64,000 bases of DNA from Eutreptiella sp. 'Long Island Sound 2002' (Eukaryota; Protista; Euglenida). The notes beneath the pieces were generated by a model. That model saw nothing but the letters and a program-made list of their open reading frames with translations, did no database searches and had not been told where the DNA came from. The translations under genes and the position numbers were made by a program. Shown here piece by piece: positions 12,901 through 23,369 of this stretch. The DNA is taken from the NCBI GenBank assembly GCA_964036045.1, contig OZ038378.1, forward strand, positions 197,966,001 through 198,030,000, given 5' to 3'. Positions within the stretch are counted from its first letter, which is position 1; every line of letters starts with the position of its first letter.

Positions 12901-14790
12901 TTAGAGCGGGGGACAAAATCAGAAGTGGCCCACAAGTGGGCCTAGTGGCTACATCACCCCTGCCAACTGGGGGTCCCCAATGCTTTAGAGCAAGTGGGCC
13001 TGGTGGCTACATCACTCTTGCCACCTAGGAGGTCCCCAACACTCTAGAGCGGGGAACAAAAATAGAAATGGCCCACACGTGGGCCTAGTGGCTACATCAC
13101 TGTTGCCGTCTAGGGGTCCCCAACGCTTCAAAGTGGGGGACAAAAACAAAAGTGCGATACAAATGGGCTTGTTGGGTACATCACCACCGCCGTCTAGGGG
13201 GTTCCCAATGCTTCAAAGCGGGGGACAAAATCAGAAGTGGCCCACAAGTGGGCTTGGTGGCTACATCACTTGTGCCATGTGGGGGTTCCCCAATGCTTTA
13301 GAGCGGGGTATGAAAACAAAAGTGACCCACAAGTGGGCCTAGTGGCTACATCACCTCTGCCAACTGGGGGTGCCCAATGCTTTAGAGCAAGTGGGCCTGG
13401 TGGCTACATCACTCTTGCCACCTAGGAGGTCCCCAACACTCTAGAGCGGGGAACAAAAATAGAAATGGCCCACACTGGGCCTAGTGGCTACATCACTGTT
13501 GCCGTCTTGGGGTCCCCAACGCTTCAAAGTGGGAGACAAAAACAAAAGTGCGATACAAATGGGCTTGTTGGGTACATCACCACCGCCGTCTAGGGGGTTC
13601 CCAATGCTTCAAAGCGGGGGACAAAATCAGAAGTGGCCCACAAGTGGGCTTGGTGGCTACATCACTTGTGCCATGTGGGGGGTCCCCAATGCTTTAGAGC
13701 GGGGTATGAAAACTTTAGAGCGGGGGGGAAAAACACAAGTGGCCCACAAATGGGCTTGGTGGCGACATCACCCCTGCCATCTAGGGGGTCGCTGGCGCTT
13801 TAGAGCGCGGGACAAAAACAGAATTGGCCCACAAGTGGGCCTGGTGGCTACATCACTCCTACCATCTAGGGGGTCCCCAATGCTTTAAAGCGGGGGACAC
13901 ATAAAGAAGTGGCCCACAAGTGGGTCTAGGGGGCGTTTTCACACAGCATGTGCATAGCGCCACTTATTACGGTGATTATCCAGGTAACAACCCGGAAAAC
14001 CACCCACCTGCGGAATCATGCACAATCAATTCAAAACTCAAAAATTCAAACATCTGATGCTTGCCATGGGTCCCAGGGACCTAAATTCTGCCCCCTATAG
14101 CCCCGTCCACTGCAGCAGCCATTCAATGACGTCCTTTCAATCTTCTGAACTTACCGAACTCCCGGTGGTGGAGAACAGCCAACTTTTCGCACAGCGCGTG
14201 CACAGCGCACGGTGCGCCCCCCTAGTGGCTACATCACCCTTGCCGTCTAGGGGGTCCCCAACGCTTCACATTGGGGTACAAAATCAGAAGTGGCCCACAA
14301 GTGGGCATGGTGGCTACATCACCGCTGCCGTTTGGGAGGTCCCCAACGCTTCGGAGCGGGAAGACAAAATCAGACGTGGCCCACAATTGGCTTGGTGGTT
14401 ACATCACCCGTGCCATCCGGGGGGTCCCCAACACTCCAAAGCGGGGGACAAAAATTGAGGTGGCCCACAAGTGGGCTTGGTGGCTACATCACCACCGCCG
14501 CTTGGGTTCCCCCAACGCTCCAAAGCAGGGGATAAAATCAGAAGTGGCCCACAAGTGGGTCTCGTGGCTACATCACCCCTGCTGTCCGGGGGTTCCCCCA
14601 ACGCTTCAAAGCGGGGAGAAGTGGCCCACAAGTGGGCATGGTGGCTACATCAATGCAGCCGCCTAGGGGGTCCATAACACTTTACAGCGGGGGACAAAAC
14701 TAGAAGTGGTCCACAAAAGGGCCTGGTGGATACATCATCCTTGCCGTCAAGGGGATCCCCAACGCTCCAGAGCGGGGGCCAAAATCAGCA
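9985..14790 (+). repeat. Satellite array, ~86-bp hairpin-rich unit, with higher-order duplications
   Basis: Consensus AAAATCAGAAGTGGCCCACAAGTGGGCCTGGTGGCTACATCACCCCTGCCGTCTGGGGGTCCCCAACGCTTCAAAGCGGGGGAC repeated roughly 50 times. Confidence 0.95.
13929..14221. mobile_element. Harbinger/Tourist-type MITE inserted in the satellite
   Basis: GGGGGCG...CGCCCCC termini with CTA duplicated on both sides. Removal restores the satellite unit gtgggtCTAgtggctac. Confidence 0.8.
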
Positions 14791-15414
14791 ATATGAAGTT
14801 TTTTGGTGTAAATCGTGGTTTTTGTTAAAAAGAAGGGTAAGTCGCTTTTTTTCTCTCCGTAGGTTGCGCATAAAAAAAAAGCGTAGGTTGGTAACAAAAA
14901 AAGCATAACTTTTTTTTTGAAAGCATAAATCGCGTAACTTTTTGATTTCTCCCTCCCTAGTCCCTCCCTTTCGTCAAGCATGCAATAGCAAAAAGCATAT
15001 TGGGCTTGCTTCATCACTCACGCACTGTGGGTGACTAGAATACAATAGCTGTTGGTCGGTGATTGTATGAACTGTCGAAAGACTGAGTGTCTAGGGGGGA
15101 ATCTTTGCACTGCGCGCGCACTGCGCGCTACTTTTAGACTATGTTCCCCCCGAAGAGCCCCCAAGCAGACCCCTTGGAAACGCCCTTAGAATTAAGTGAC
15201 CCAAACTGCCCTAGCTCAAGAAAGTTGCAAACTACCTTCCCTTCACATAACACACATCATGCACAACTGGAAAAGCCATGAACCGCGCATTGGTCGCCAC
15301 CCTCAAGCACACACAACTGTCTCTCTGTTCCATTGTCAACTAAGTACACATTGAGAATACGCAACTTGTGTGCACAACATGACACAGTTGCAGAATCAAA
15401 GAAAAGTCACATTG

Positions 15415-16155
15415 TCACATGTGTGTGTGTGTGTGTGTGTCAATGCAATCCGTACAATATTGCAGTTCACACTTGTCACACATGGACATCTTTTCAGGGT
15501 CAGACTTGGTGCAACAAAGGGCACAAACATCCCCATCATCACCCACAACATCCTCATCATCATTGTCCTCCTGTGTAGGTGCAGTCCATACATGTGCAGG
15601 TACGTGTTCCCACGGACCATATGGAGGGCACCGTACCTGTCTTCGAATCAAAAATTGCTGCAAATGCAAGAGTACACACACGTACTCATGCAACTCCGTA
15701 CCGGATCCCCTCCATATGTTCCTTACGATGCCCCACTGCCACATGCGTGCAAACAAGTGCTCAATGCGTGCCCTATAGAAACCATGAACATCATTGTACT
15801 CCTTTTGCCGCTCGGTCAACGTCTTTCGACCGATAAATGGCCATGCCACATGGAGGCGCCCCTTGTATGCACCATCCATGGAGCCAATCTCATAATCCAT
15901 ATAATGTCCCTTCACCCTTTTGGGCCCACCGCGATCCCAAATGAGAACATCCGCCGATGTCCCTGGGGCCAACGGACAAATCCAAACGATGTTGCCCAAG
16001 CTGTCAATGGCAACGGTAACTTTGTATACGCACCCGGCGTATTTAGGATTAAACAAGACATCGCAAAGGATGCCTCCTATGGATGCAATGGGCATGCTAT
16101 CCACGTAGTGCGTCACGAAATATGGAAAGTGTGGGTCGTGGTTCCACTCCCATGC
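15415..16155 (-). CDS. PIF/Harbinger (DDE_Tnp_4-like) transposase, 5'-truncated, with C-terminal Cys-rich finger
   Basis: D (HYVDSMP), D (SMDGAY), E (YNDVHGFYRARIEHLF) with 37 residues between D2 and E. Typical YK-V-D--G-I and G---D motifs. A candidate element end CTA|GGGGGGAATC lies at 15094. Confidence 0.85.
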   Translation of the reverse strand, partial: AWEWNHDPHFPYFVTHYVDSMPIASIGGILCDVLFNPKYAGCVYKVTVAIDSLGNIVWICPLAPGTSADVLIWDRGGPKRVKGHYMDYEIGSMDGAYKGRLHVAWPFIGRKTLTERQKEYNDVHGFYRARIEHLFARMWQWGIVRNIWRGSGTELHEYVCVLLHLQQFLIRRQVRCPPYGPWEHVPAHVWTAPTQEDNDDEDVVGDDGDVCALCCTKSDPEKMSMCDKCELQYCTDCIDTHTHTHM

Positions 16156-16300
16156 CTTGACCCAAATGTGCTACGACTTGCTATGCCTCGACCCAAAAAA
16201 AATTGTGCCTTGCCATGCCGTGACCCAAAATGTGCTACGCCTTGCCATGCTTGCACCCGGATGCGCTATAATTTGCCATGCCTTGACCCAAAAATCCTAT
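16148..16300. repeat. ~32-bp minisatellite (GCCATGCCTTGACCCAAAA core, ~5 copies) truncating the transposase 5' end
   Basis: CCTTGACCCAAA-like cores near 16155, 16186, 16218, 16250 and 16281. Confidence 0.75.
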
Positions 16301-16334
16301 GCCTGGCCATTCTCTGGGGACAAAACAACAACGA

Positions 16335-16960
16335 GTGGATTGTGAGTCCCTAACCCTAACTCGAGGGGCCACGCAAAAAAAGCGTGGATTGTGAGTCCCT
16401 AACCCCAACTCGAGGGGCCACACAACAAAGCGTGGATTCAAAGATTGTCCGGTTTTCTCAATAGCACCGGAAGGTTGGGGCCCAAAAGAGGGCGGAAATG
16501 CTACGTCACCCCTGCATTCTCGGGGCTCCCCAGCAAAGGGAACAAAATCAGAAGTCAAAACGTACGCTAGGGGTCACCATAATGCTCCCAGAATCAAAGT
16601 GTGCATTCTAAGATTGTCCCGGTTTCCTCAATAGCACCGGAAGGTTGGGGCCCAAAAGAGGGCGGAAATGCTACGTCACCCCTGCATTCTCGGGGTTCCC
16701 CAAACAACGGGGGACAAAATCAGAAGTCAAAACGTACGCTAGGGGTCACCATGATGCTCCTAGAATCAAAGCATGCATTCTAAGATTGTCCCGGTTTCCT
16801 CAATAGCACCGGAAGGTTGGGGCCCAAAAGAGGGCGGAAATGCTACATCACCCCTGCATTCTCGGGGGTCCCCAAACAAAGGGGGACAAAATCAGAAGTC
16901 AAAACCTCCGCTAGGGGTCACCATGATGCCCCTAGGGGCCCCTAGTATCTCAAAGTATGG
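16335..16960 (+). repeat. Satellite variant: three 48-49-bp starter repeats, then three ~170-172-bp units
   Basis: ATAGCACC at 16461, 16631 and 16803. Each unit contains GCTACGTCACCCCTGC..GGGG..CCCC..GGGGACAAAATCAGAAGT, homologous to the 86-mer. Confidence 0.9.
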
Positions 16961-17421
16961 GTCTCTAGTAGGGCATGTGCCCTCAATCCCCCAAAAATCT
17001 AAAAAGATTCTAAGAATGAGAAGATTCAATCGCCGGTCAAGCAAACGGGGGAAATCCTTGCATTCTTGATGGGAATGCTGGAATTTCCCCCTCTTTGGTC
17101 CCTGCCTTCCCTTAAGCAAGGCAACGGCAAAAAGCATATTGGGCTTGCTTTATCATTCAGCCACCAGTACCACTGTCATACTCTGGTCGAGCCCATATAA
17201 TGCAGGAGTTCTAGTTTGGACATGATTTCAGACCACCGCTGTTGTGCCTGGACCATTGCCTTTCCCAGATACCCCCCCCCCCCCTCCGAGTGTCAGGGAG
17301 TCTGGAAATTGGGTCTGCTGGCATTACTTCAGCGGAAATCCACAAGAGATGGAGCACTGTACCCGACCACCATAGGTGGTTGAAAAAACACAGTAGGATT
17401 TTGGTTTGCTTGGGTGCTTTG

Positions 17422-18448
17422 GGGGGCGTTGTCGCACGGTGCGCGCACGGTTCAATGTTTTTGGGATGGTTGCCCAACTTGTACCCCGTTGAATGGCCCC
17501 CATAGAAACCAGGGTTTGCCATAATAAATAAAAAAAAAACTCGGAGTGTCCAATACGCCCTATGATGGCGGCCGGTGGGTAACTGATGGCGGTTGGTGTG
17601 TAACCGATGGCGGTTGGTGTGTAACCGATGGCGGTTGGTGTGTAACCGATGGCGGTTGGTGGGTAACCGATGGCGGTTGGTGGGTAACCGATGGCGGTTG
17701 GTGGGTAACCGATGGCGGTTGGTGTGTAACCGATGGCGGTTGGTGGGTAATTGATAGCGGTTGGTGTGTAACCGATGGCGGTTGGTGGGTAACCGATGGC
17801 GGTTGGTGGGTAGCCACCAAACATCAGAGAGTGGCTGCCTTAGTAAAAAAAAAAAAGGCTGAGCGTCCTTATGGCAACCCCTGATAGAAACACACCTAGG
17901 GTCCTGATTTCTGCACCTTGCAGTCCATACTGGCATACCAGGATTCTTCAATTTTTAGTCTGATGCTTGTCACAGGTTCCAGGGTCCTATTTTCTGCACC
18001 CTGCAGCCCCTATTGGCGTACCGGGAATTTTTTTTTTTGAATCTGATGCTTGTCACAGGTTCCAGGCTCCCAATTTCTGCACCTCGCACGCATCTCCGTA
18101 ACAAACCATGCACAGGCGACAACACAAGCGACAACAATGGTTGGGTAACGGGAATTTCAATTTCATCCGCCACAGCATTCTGGCTCATGATCATCAATTC
18201 TAGGGGCTTCAGCTTCCACTTCAGGTAATTGGGGCTCCAGCAAAGCGTCGACGCGGCGCCCACCTCTTGAAGAAGGGTCAACGACAGTGGCCGACACCCT
18301 ATCCCCGTTGGAGCGGTGGTAGTACACAGGCAGTCCGGCGACAAGCCAGGGCAGCTCAGATTCAGGCAATGTGGATCTGCCGGACACAGAATAAGCAAAA
18401 GGACGCACGGTGCGCGCACGGTGCGCGCACGATTCAGGCAACACCCCC
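17422..18448. mobile_element. Harbinger-type MITE (1027 bp), 3-bp TSD TTG
   Basis: TIR GGGGGCGTTGTC versus GGGGGTGTTGCC. GCACGGTGCGC subterminal motifs at both ends. The empty site restores an ORF. Confidence 0.85.
17510..17883. mobile_element. hAT-type MITE (374 bp) with internal 21-bp minisatellite (GGCGGTTGGTGKGTAACCGAT x ~12)
   Basis: TIR CAGGG(T/G)TTGCCATAA; perfect 8-bp TSD ATAGAAAC at 17502-17509 and 17884-17891. Confidence 0.92.
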
Positions 18449-19064
18449 TTGGGGCTTGCAATTATCTTTTTGGTAGAGTAGATAGCAGCCATGTTGTCTA
18501 TCACAATATTGGCGCTATGCCACCTCTGATTAGTCACGAAGTGGCTTGCATAATTTACCCCAGCAAGTTCGGCCTGTTGTTGGTTCCCAAGCTTCAGCAA
18601 AGCTGTTCGGGCCTGTCTTGCACATGTCGACAGCCGCACCCTGAACCCTCCTTTCGAGGCTGCTGCATCAAATGCAAGCGTGGTATGGGTGGCATTTGTG
18701 TGGTTTCTTGGTGAATACACACAATACTAGCAGTACTGCAGAACTTTGGGCATTGGTTTGGGACTGTTTTGTAATTCATGTGCCACACCATAAGGGAAAT
18801 CGAGGTGGAGGGGATTTCTTCTTCAGTGCTGGTTGTGGGCAGCACTGGAAACTCCCCTCTGAGCTTGGTGACTTTGTGCAACATAACATATTGATGGCGG
18901 GCCATTCTATTGGGCCTCATAGGTTGATGGCTGGATTTTCACTCATAATGGCACCAGCTTCGCGCATGGCTATGGCTTCGGCTTTCACTCATAAAACATA
19001 CCTTTTCGTTGGCCAGCTGCTTGAAGAAGTGAGCCATCCCATTTATGCCTGTCTTGAGCCCAGT

Positions 19065-19680
19065 TTTGGGTCCCCGAGACGGCAAGGGTTAAGTAGCTGC
19101 TTCTGCCTTTGCCCTTGTGCTGAGCACAACAGACCCCCGAGAAGGCGCGGGTTATGCAACCATTCCGCCTACTTTTGGGCCCCCAGGGGTCAGAGGTTCA
19201 GTAGCCACTTCTGATTTTGTCCCCGTGCTGAGCACTGGCAGCCCCTGAGAAGGCATGCATGGGTTATGCAGCCATTCTGCCCACTTTTGGGCCCCTGAGA
19301 CGGCAGGGGTTAAGTAGCCACTTCTGGTTTCATCTGCCGATTTCTCCTGGGCAATATCCTAACCTGAAGGTTCACTTAAAACTTCTCCTTGGGTCATATG
19401 AAAGCAACCCTGATGTTTGTGCTCTTCTGTGTGTCAGCTCCTTTTTTTTTCTGTCCTTTTGCGTGTGGTGGAACTCCTAGCACTTAAGTCCACCATTGCC
19501 TTCTGATGGGTCTCTCGGTGCTCAGAACAGGGACAAAATCAGAAGTGGCTCCTTAAGCTCGGACGTTTCGGGACCAAAAGATGGGCGGAATGGCTACATA
19601 ACCCCTGCCTTCTCGGAGTCCCCAGTGCTCAGCACGGGGACAGGAGCAGAATTGGCTACATAATCCCTGCAGTCCTGTGC
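19065..19680. repeat. Diverged satellite variant in two opposite orientations
   Basis: Reverse-orientation units ~19065-19330 (gtagccacttctgattttgtcccc). Forward units ~19520-19680 (gggacaaaatcagaagtggct). Confidence 0.8.
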
Positions 19681-19896
19681 AATATGACACTGACACATTT
19701 TTTTTCCAGGAACTAGCCAGTGATGGGGATGGACAGGGGGGGGGGGGGGGGCATTGGGGAAGGGAGGGTACTTAGGAATGGAGCACAAAATCACCTTCCC
19801 CCGCCCAGAAAAATATCGACCGGCCTCTAAGCAATCCCCTGTCCTTGCTCCCGACTGCAGATCGCCACGTGTGCAGTGAAATATCGTCTGATTGCT

Positions 19897-20625
19897 CCGA
19901 ACGCTGGTTCCCATCACCCTGTCACCTTGACTCATGTTCTACCGCACCGTGTTTTGCCGCCCAAAGGGCGTGCATACCACAGTTCGGGGGGGGGGGGGGG
20001 GGGCATAGAATATATTTGCAGAACGAAACTGTCCAAAAGCCAGGGGAGGGCGACACAAACATGCGTCCTTTGGACAAGGCCGTGGGTGGCACTTGGTCTC
20101 GATGGCTGATGGTACATCGTTTACGACATTGTTCAGTGGGCAGTGGGTTGGGGACGACGCTTTGAGAAGGAGAAGCTTTGAACTCAAGACGGCAAAAAGG
20201 AGCCGCTTCGGGCGGGGGCAGAAACAAGAAAGATGGCTCAGAGATGGCCTGACTTGGACTCGGGGACTCAAGTGTCAGGAGTACAAAACCGAGCCGTTTG
20301 AATGGCGTTGAAGAAACGTGAAGCACATGTTGCTTGAGATTGGCTGAAGAGCGAAGACGGGGGAGCGAAGTCCACTCCACAACGCGCTTCCTGTCGCGAT
20401 GGGATCTGCCTGGCGGTGGCGACACGAGCATGTGGGCGCGGCTGGCAGAGTGGCTGCCCTCCGAATGCTGGTTCCCATCACCCTGTCGCTCACTCTGTCC
20501 TTGACTCATGTTCTACCGCACCGTGTTTTGCCGCCCAAAGGGCGTGCATACCACAGTTCGGGGGGGGGGGGGGGGGATAGAGAAGGTGGTCTATATTTGC
20601 AGAAGGAAAGTGTCCCAAAGCCAGG
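19897..20625 (+). repeat. Two ~150-bp direct copies of one interspersed repeat (19897-20050 and 20460-20625)
   Basis: Shared GCTGGTTCCCATCACCCTGTC...CATACCACAGTTC-Gn-ATATTTGCAGAA. Confidence 0.85.
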
Positions 20626-23369
20626 GGCAGATCGGGACGACGAAAGGGCCAGCACATCGGGTTTGACACATTTTCGCACCCACCTGTTTGCCCCCCAGCT
20701 TCCGTTTTGGTTCAATCTGGCTGTGCACTGCAGACGGTTGGGCAGAGGTATGGGTGTCTAGGCGTCGGTTTGGGTGATGATGAAGAATGTACCATCCGAA
20801 AAGTGATGGGCTTGGGCATTTTGAACGCAATCTAGCGCTGTTTTGGGCAGAAATTGCCGGCAAAACGCGGATGTGGTGCAAGCCCGAGGCAAGACCCATG
20901 ATGACTGGAACGACACAGCAGAGGGAGGTGAGTGGCTATGTGGCCACATGGTGCAGCCGCCATGGCACACAATCCCAAGGTCGGACCCAGACAGTCTGCA
21001 GCTGGGGAAAAAAAGGCGCAAGTAATAACAAGTACAAAAAAACACTCGAGGTTTCACTCGGGAACCAAGGAAGGAACAAGAAGGAATGAGAAGGCCTGAA
21101 GGACAACATCCTGGACAACACTTTACACGTGTGTGTGCCACTTCTGTGCGCGCGCGGTATTGTGCAGAACATACACGACCCGTCCCGTCCAAGCCGTTTT
21201 GTGGCCCGATGGAACCATATTGTGGCATGTTGTGAACCATATGCACAGTTGTTATGGGTTGCCATTAAGCTAACTATCTACCAACTGTTTGCACCTCATT
21301 GGTGATCAAGGTAGTGACTTCATCCCAATTCACGTGAATTATCTGACGTCAATGGTATCGTGAGGCGGCCCGAGCCACTGGGTCCTCTGTGGCCCTGCGA
21401 GAGGACTGAAGGTGGATTCGGATACTGCAGGGGGTGCTGCCTCTGCCTGTCCGCCCGGCGTCGCGTATCAGAGCCATGGCAGGGCATGCGGCGCGCATGC
21501 GGTGATCCATGACAGGGGCCCCGATCTCGGGAACAACCCGGAATCATGTGTATATCTACTGTACTGCGGCACTCGCCCCACAGTGTGTGTGGGTGTGTGT
21601 GTGTGTGTGCGCGCGGGGTACTACCGTTTTTACCAGGTCTTCCCGGTTGGACCTGTATGGCCACACTGGCGTCCTCGGGTCGGGTTGCTCCCCATTATAG
21701 CAGGCCTTCGGTGCAGGCCAGGGGTGCATCCCTGTATTGCCCCTCGACCAGTGCGGTACGCACTTAGGCCAGAACCTGGCTCGCTGCCCCAGGACCACCC
21801 TGGAAGTGGGGTGGTAGCTCCGTGGCTTCCGCTGGGCCAGCTCCACGGGAATAGTTCAACGAGCCCGTCATCGCCATGTTGCCCCGTGTGTTGTGTGTGT
21901 ATTGGGGTTTTCACAGCTGGTGGTGCTCGTGGCAGCGAGGCGGCCTCCACGGCCTACTCAATTTGGCGATTTCCCCAGAAAGGATGCCCTTGACGCACGG
22001 CTGCCACCGCCCGCCTCCAGACATGCCCTAACCGGGGATGGATCCCACGACTCTACGGTTGCGAAACCTACGCTTAGCCCGGTGGAGTGAGCCGGGTATG
22101 TGTGTGTGTGCGCGCGCTGGCACAGGGCAGGTGGTGTGCTACTCATGCCATGGGATTATGCACAACCGAGTGCAGCCTGAGCTGTTGCGCCTTTCGGCTC
22201 ATCAACAGGGTCAGTAATTCAAGCGAGGGGGCCAGTGCTACATCGTTTGTATGCCCTGCCTGCTTGTCGGTTGAGGTCAGTTGTGGTGGACTACAGCGTA
22301 TGACAGACCTCAATGGGGCAGTGGCCGATCAATACAACGTCTTATGGACCGACCAGCGTCCACAGCAATCACCTGCCAGCTGAGCAGCATGGCTACTATT
22401 GCTGCTTTGGCACGCCAACACCCCATTGCGCCCTGTGCAATGCGTGTGTCGTGCATGAATGGCTCACTTGCACAGGCGCCGTATCAAACTCTACGCGATG
22501 ACTGTTGCACAACGCGCTGCTTGCCAGGTATCTCATCCCCTCTGAAGACGCATGACTGCGCGGCAGCTTGGCGTGCTTCGGCGAGACGGACCAGAATGCG
22601 GTTGCAGTGGGCACTCCTGCCCCATGCACAGGTGGGGCATGTTCCAGGAACCTTGCGCACCATCCATGGGCTGTGGGCTGACGTTGTGGGTCATTCGGTG
22701 GCATGTGCTCTACTGCGTCGCTGACCAAAAAGCTGACCACCGGGGCTGTCAGGTGGCATTTCCTGGGAAAAATTGAACGTCTAATGGGTAGTGGTTCACT
22801 CTGCTGTATTTGGCTTTTGCATTCACCAGTTCATGCTCCGTAGATTGGACTGCGCGTGAGCTGCTCTGAATGCGAGACAAGATACATCGATGCCTGCCTT
22901 CTTGTGGTCTCCATTGAGGGGAAGCTTCAAAGTACCGATGGGGAGGATAATCCGTGTCTGGGAAAATCTGAATCTGCAAATTCTGGCGCGACAAAACCCG
23001 TGCCATTTCTTAACAATGAGTGAACAAATTACGCAGGTTTGGCAAAAGTTGCTCATGAGAAACAGTGGACGGTTGCTGTTATTTCCTGGTGGACTGGCAA
23101 ACCCATGCAAATCCTTAAAAGCAACGAACAAATTGTGCACGGAATTTGTGACACAGAAATTCTACCCCCCCCCCCCGGTCGCTGCATAACCCCTGCCTTC
23201 TTGTCGTCAAACAGTCGCTGTTCTGCGTTCTTGTGATCCGGGGGTCCCGCGAGTTCAGATCCGTGAATCTCCGTCCAGATGGACGCGCCCTTTGACGCAC
23301 CATCGGGCGCTGGTCCCTCCCGATGTGTACCGCGCCGTGACCTGCGGGCGCGGCAGCACCCGGGGCCCC

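Larger units (their letters stand above)
17285..19060 (-). mobile_element. DIRS-order (tyrosine-recombinase retrotransposon) RT-thumb plus RNase H relic, split by a MITE
   Basis: AMREAGAIMSEKS..P..IEW RT end (frameshifted). RNase H motifs FDAA, QQQAEL, VIDN and EVMPADPISR join in frame after removing 17422-18448 and one TTG. Confidence 0.75.

Noticed and set aside
9896-14677. Many ORFs with KWPTSG / VAHKWAWW / GPQVGLVAT repeats (also 60698-61393)
   Set aside because: Translation artefacts of an 86-bp unit cycling through the three frames.
9985-14790. CRISPR-like array (palindromic repeat plus spacer)
   Set aside because: The putative spacers are homologous to each other, there are no cas genes and the context is eukaryotic. 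It is a satellite.
9985-14790. Hammerhead-ribozyme satellite or retrozyme
   Set aside because: No CUGANGA...GAAA core on either strand of the consensus unit.
16348-16360. Telomeric CCCTAA repeat
   Set aside because: Only two copies, and they are part of the satellite starter unit.
17211-17951. TNRHRLP / PTAIGY / VTDGGW repeat proteins
   Set aside because: Translations of the 21-bp minisatellite inside a hAT MITE.
20765-20900. Chromodomain-like peptide (DDEECTIRKVMG...W)
   Set aside because: Needs a frameshift and matches too few conserved positions to call.
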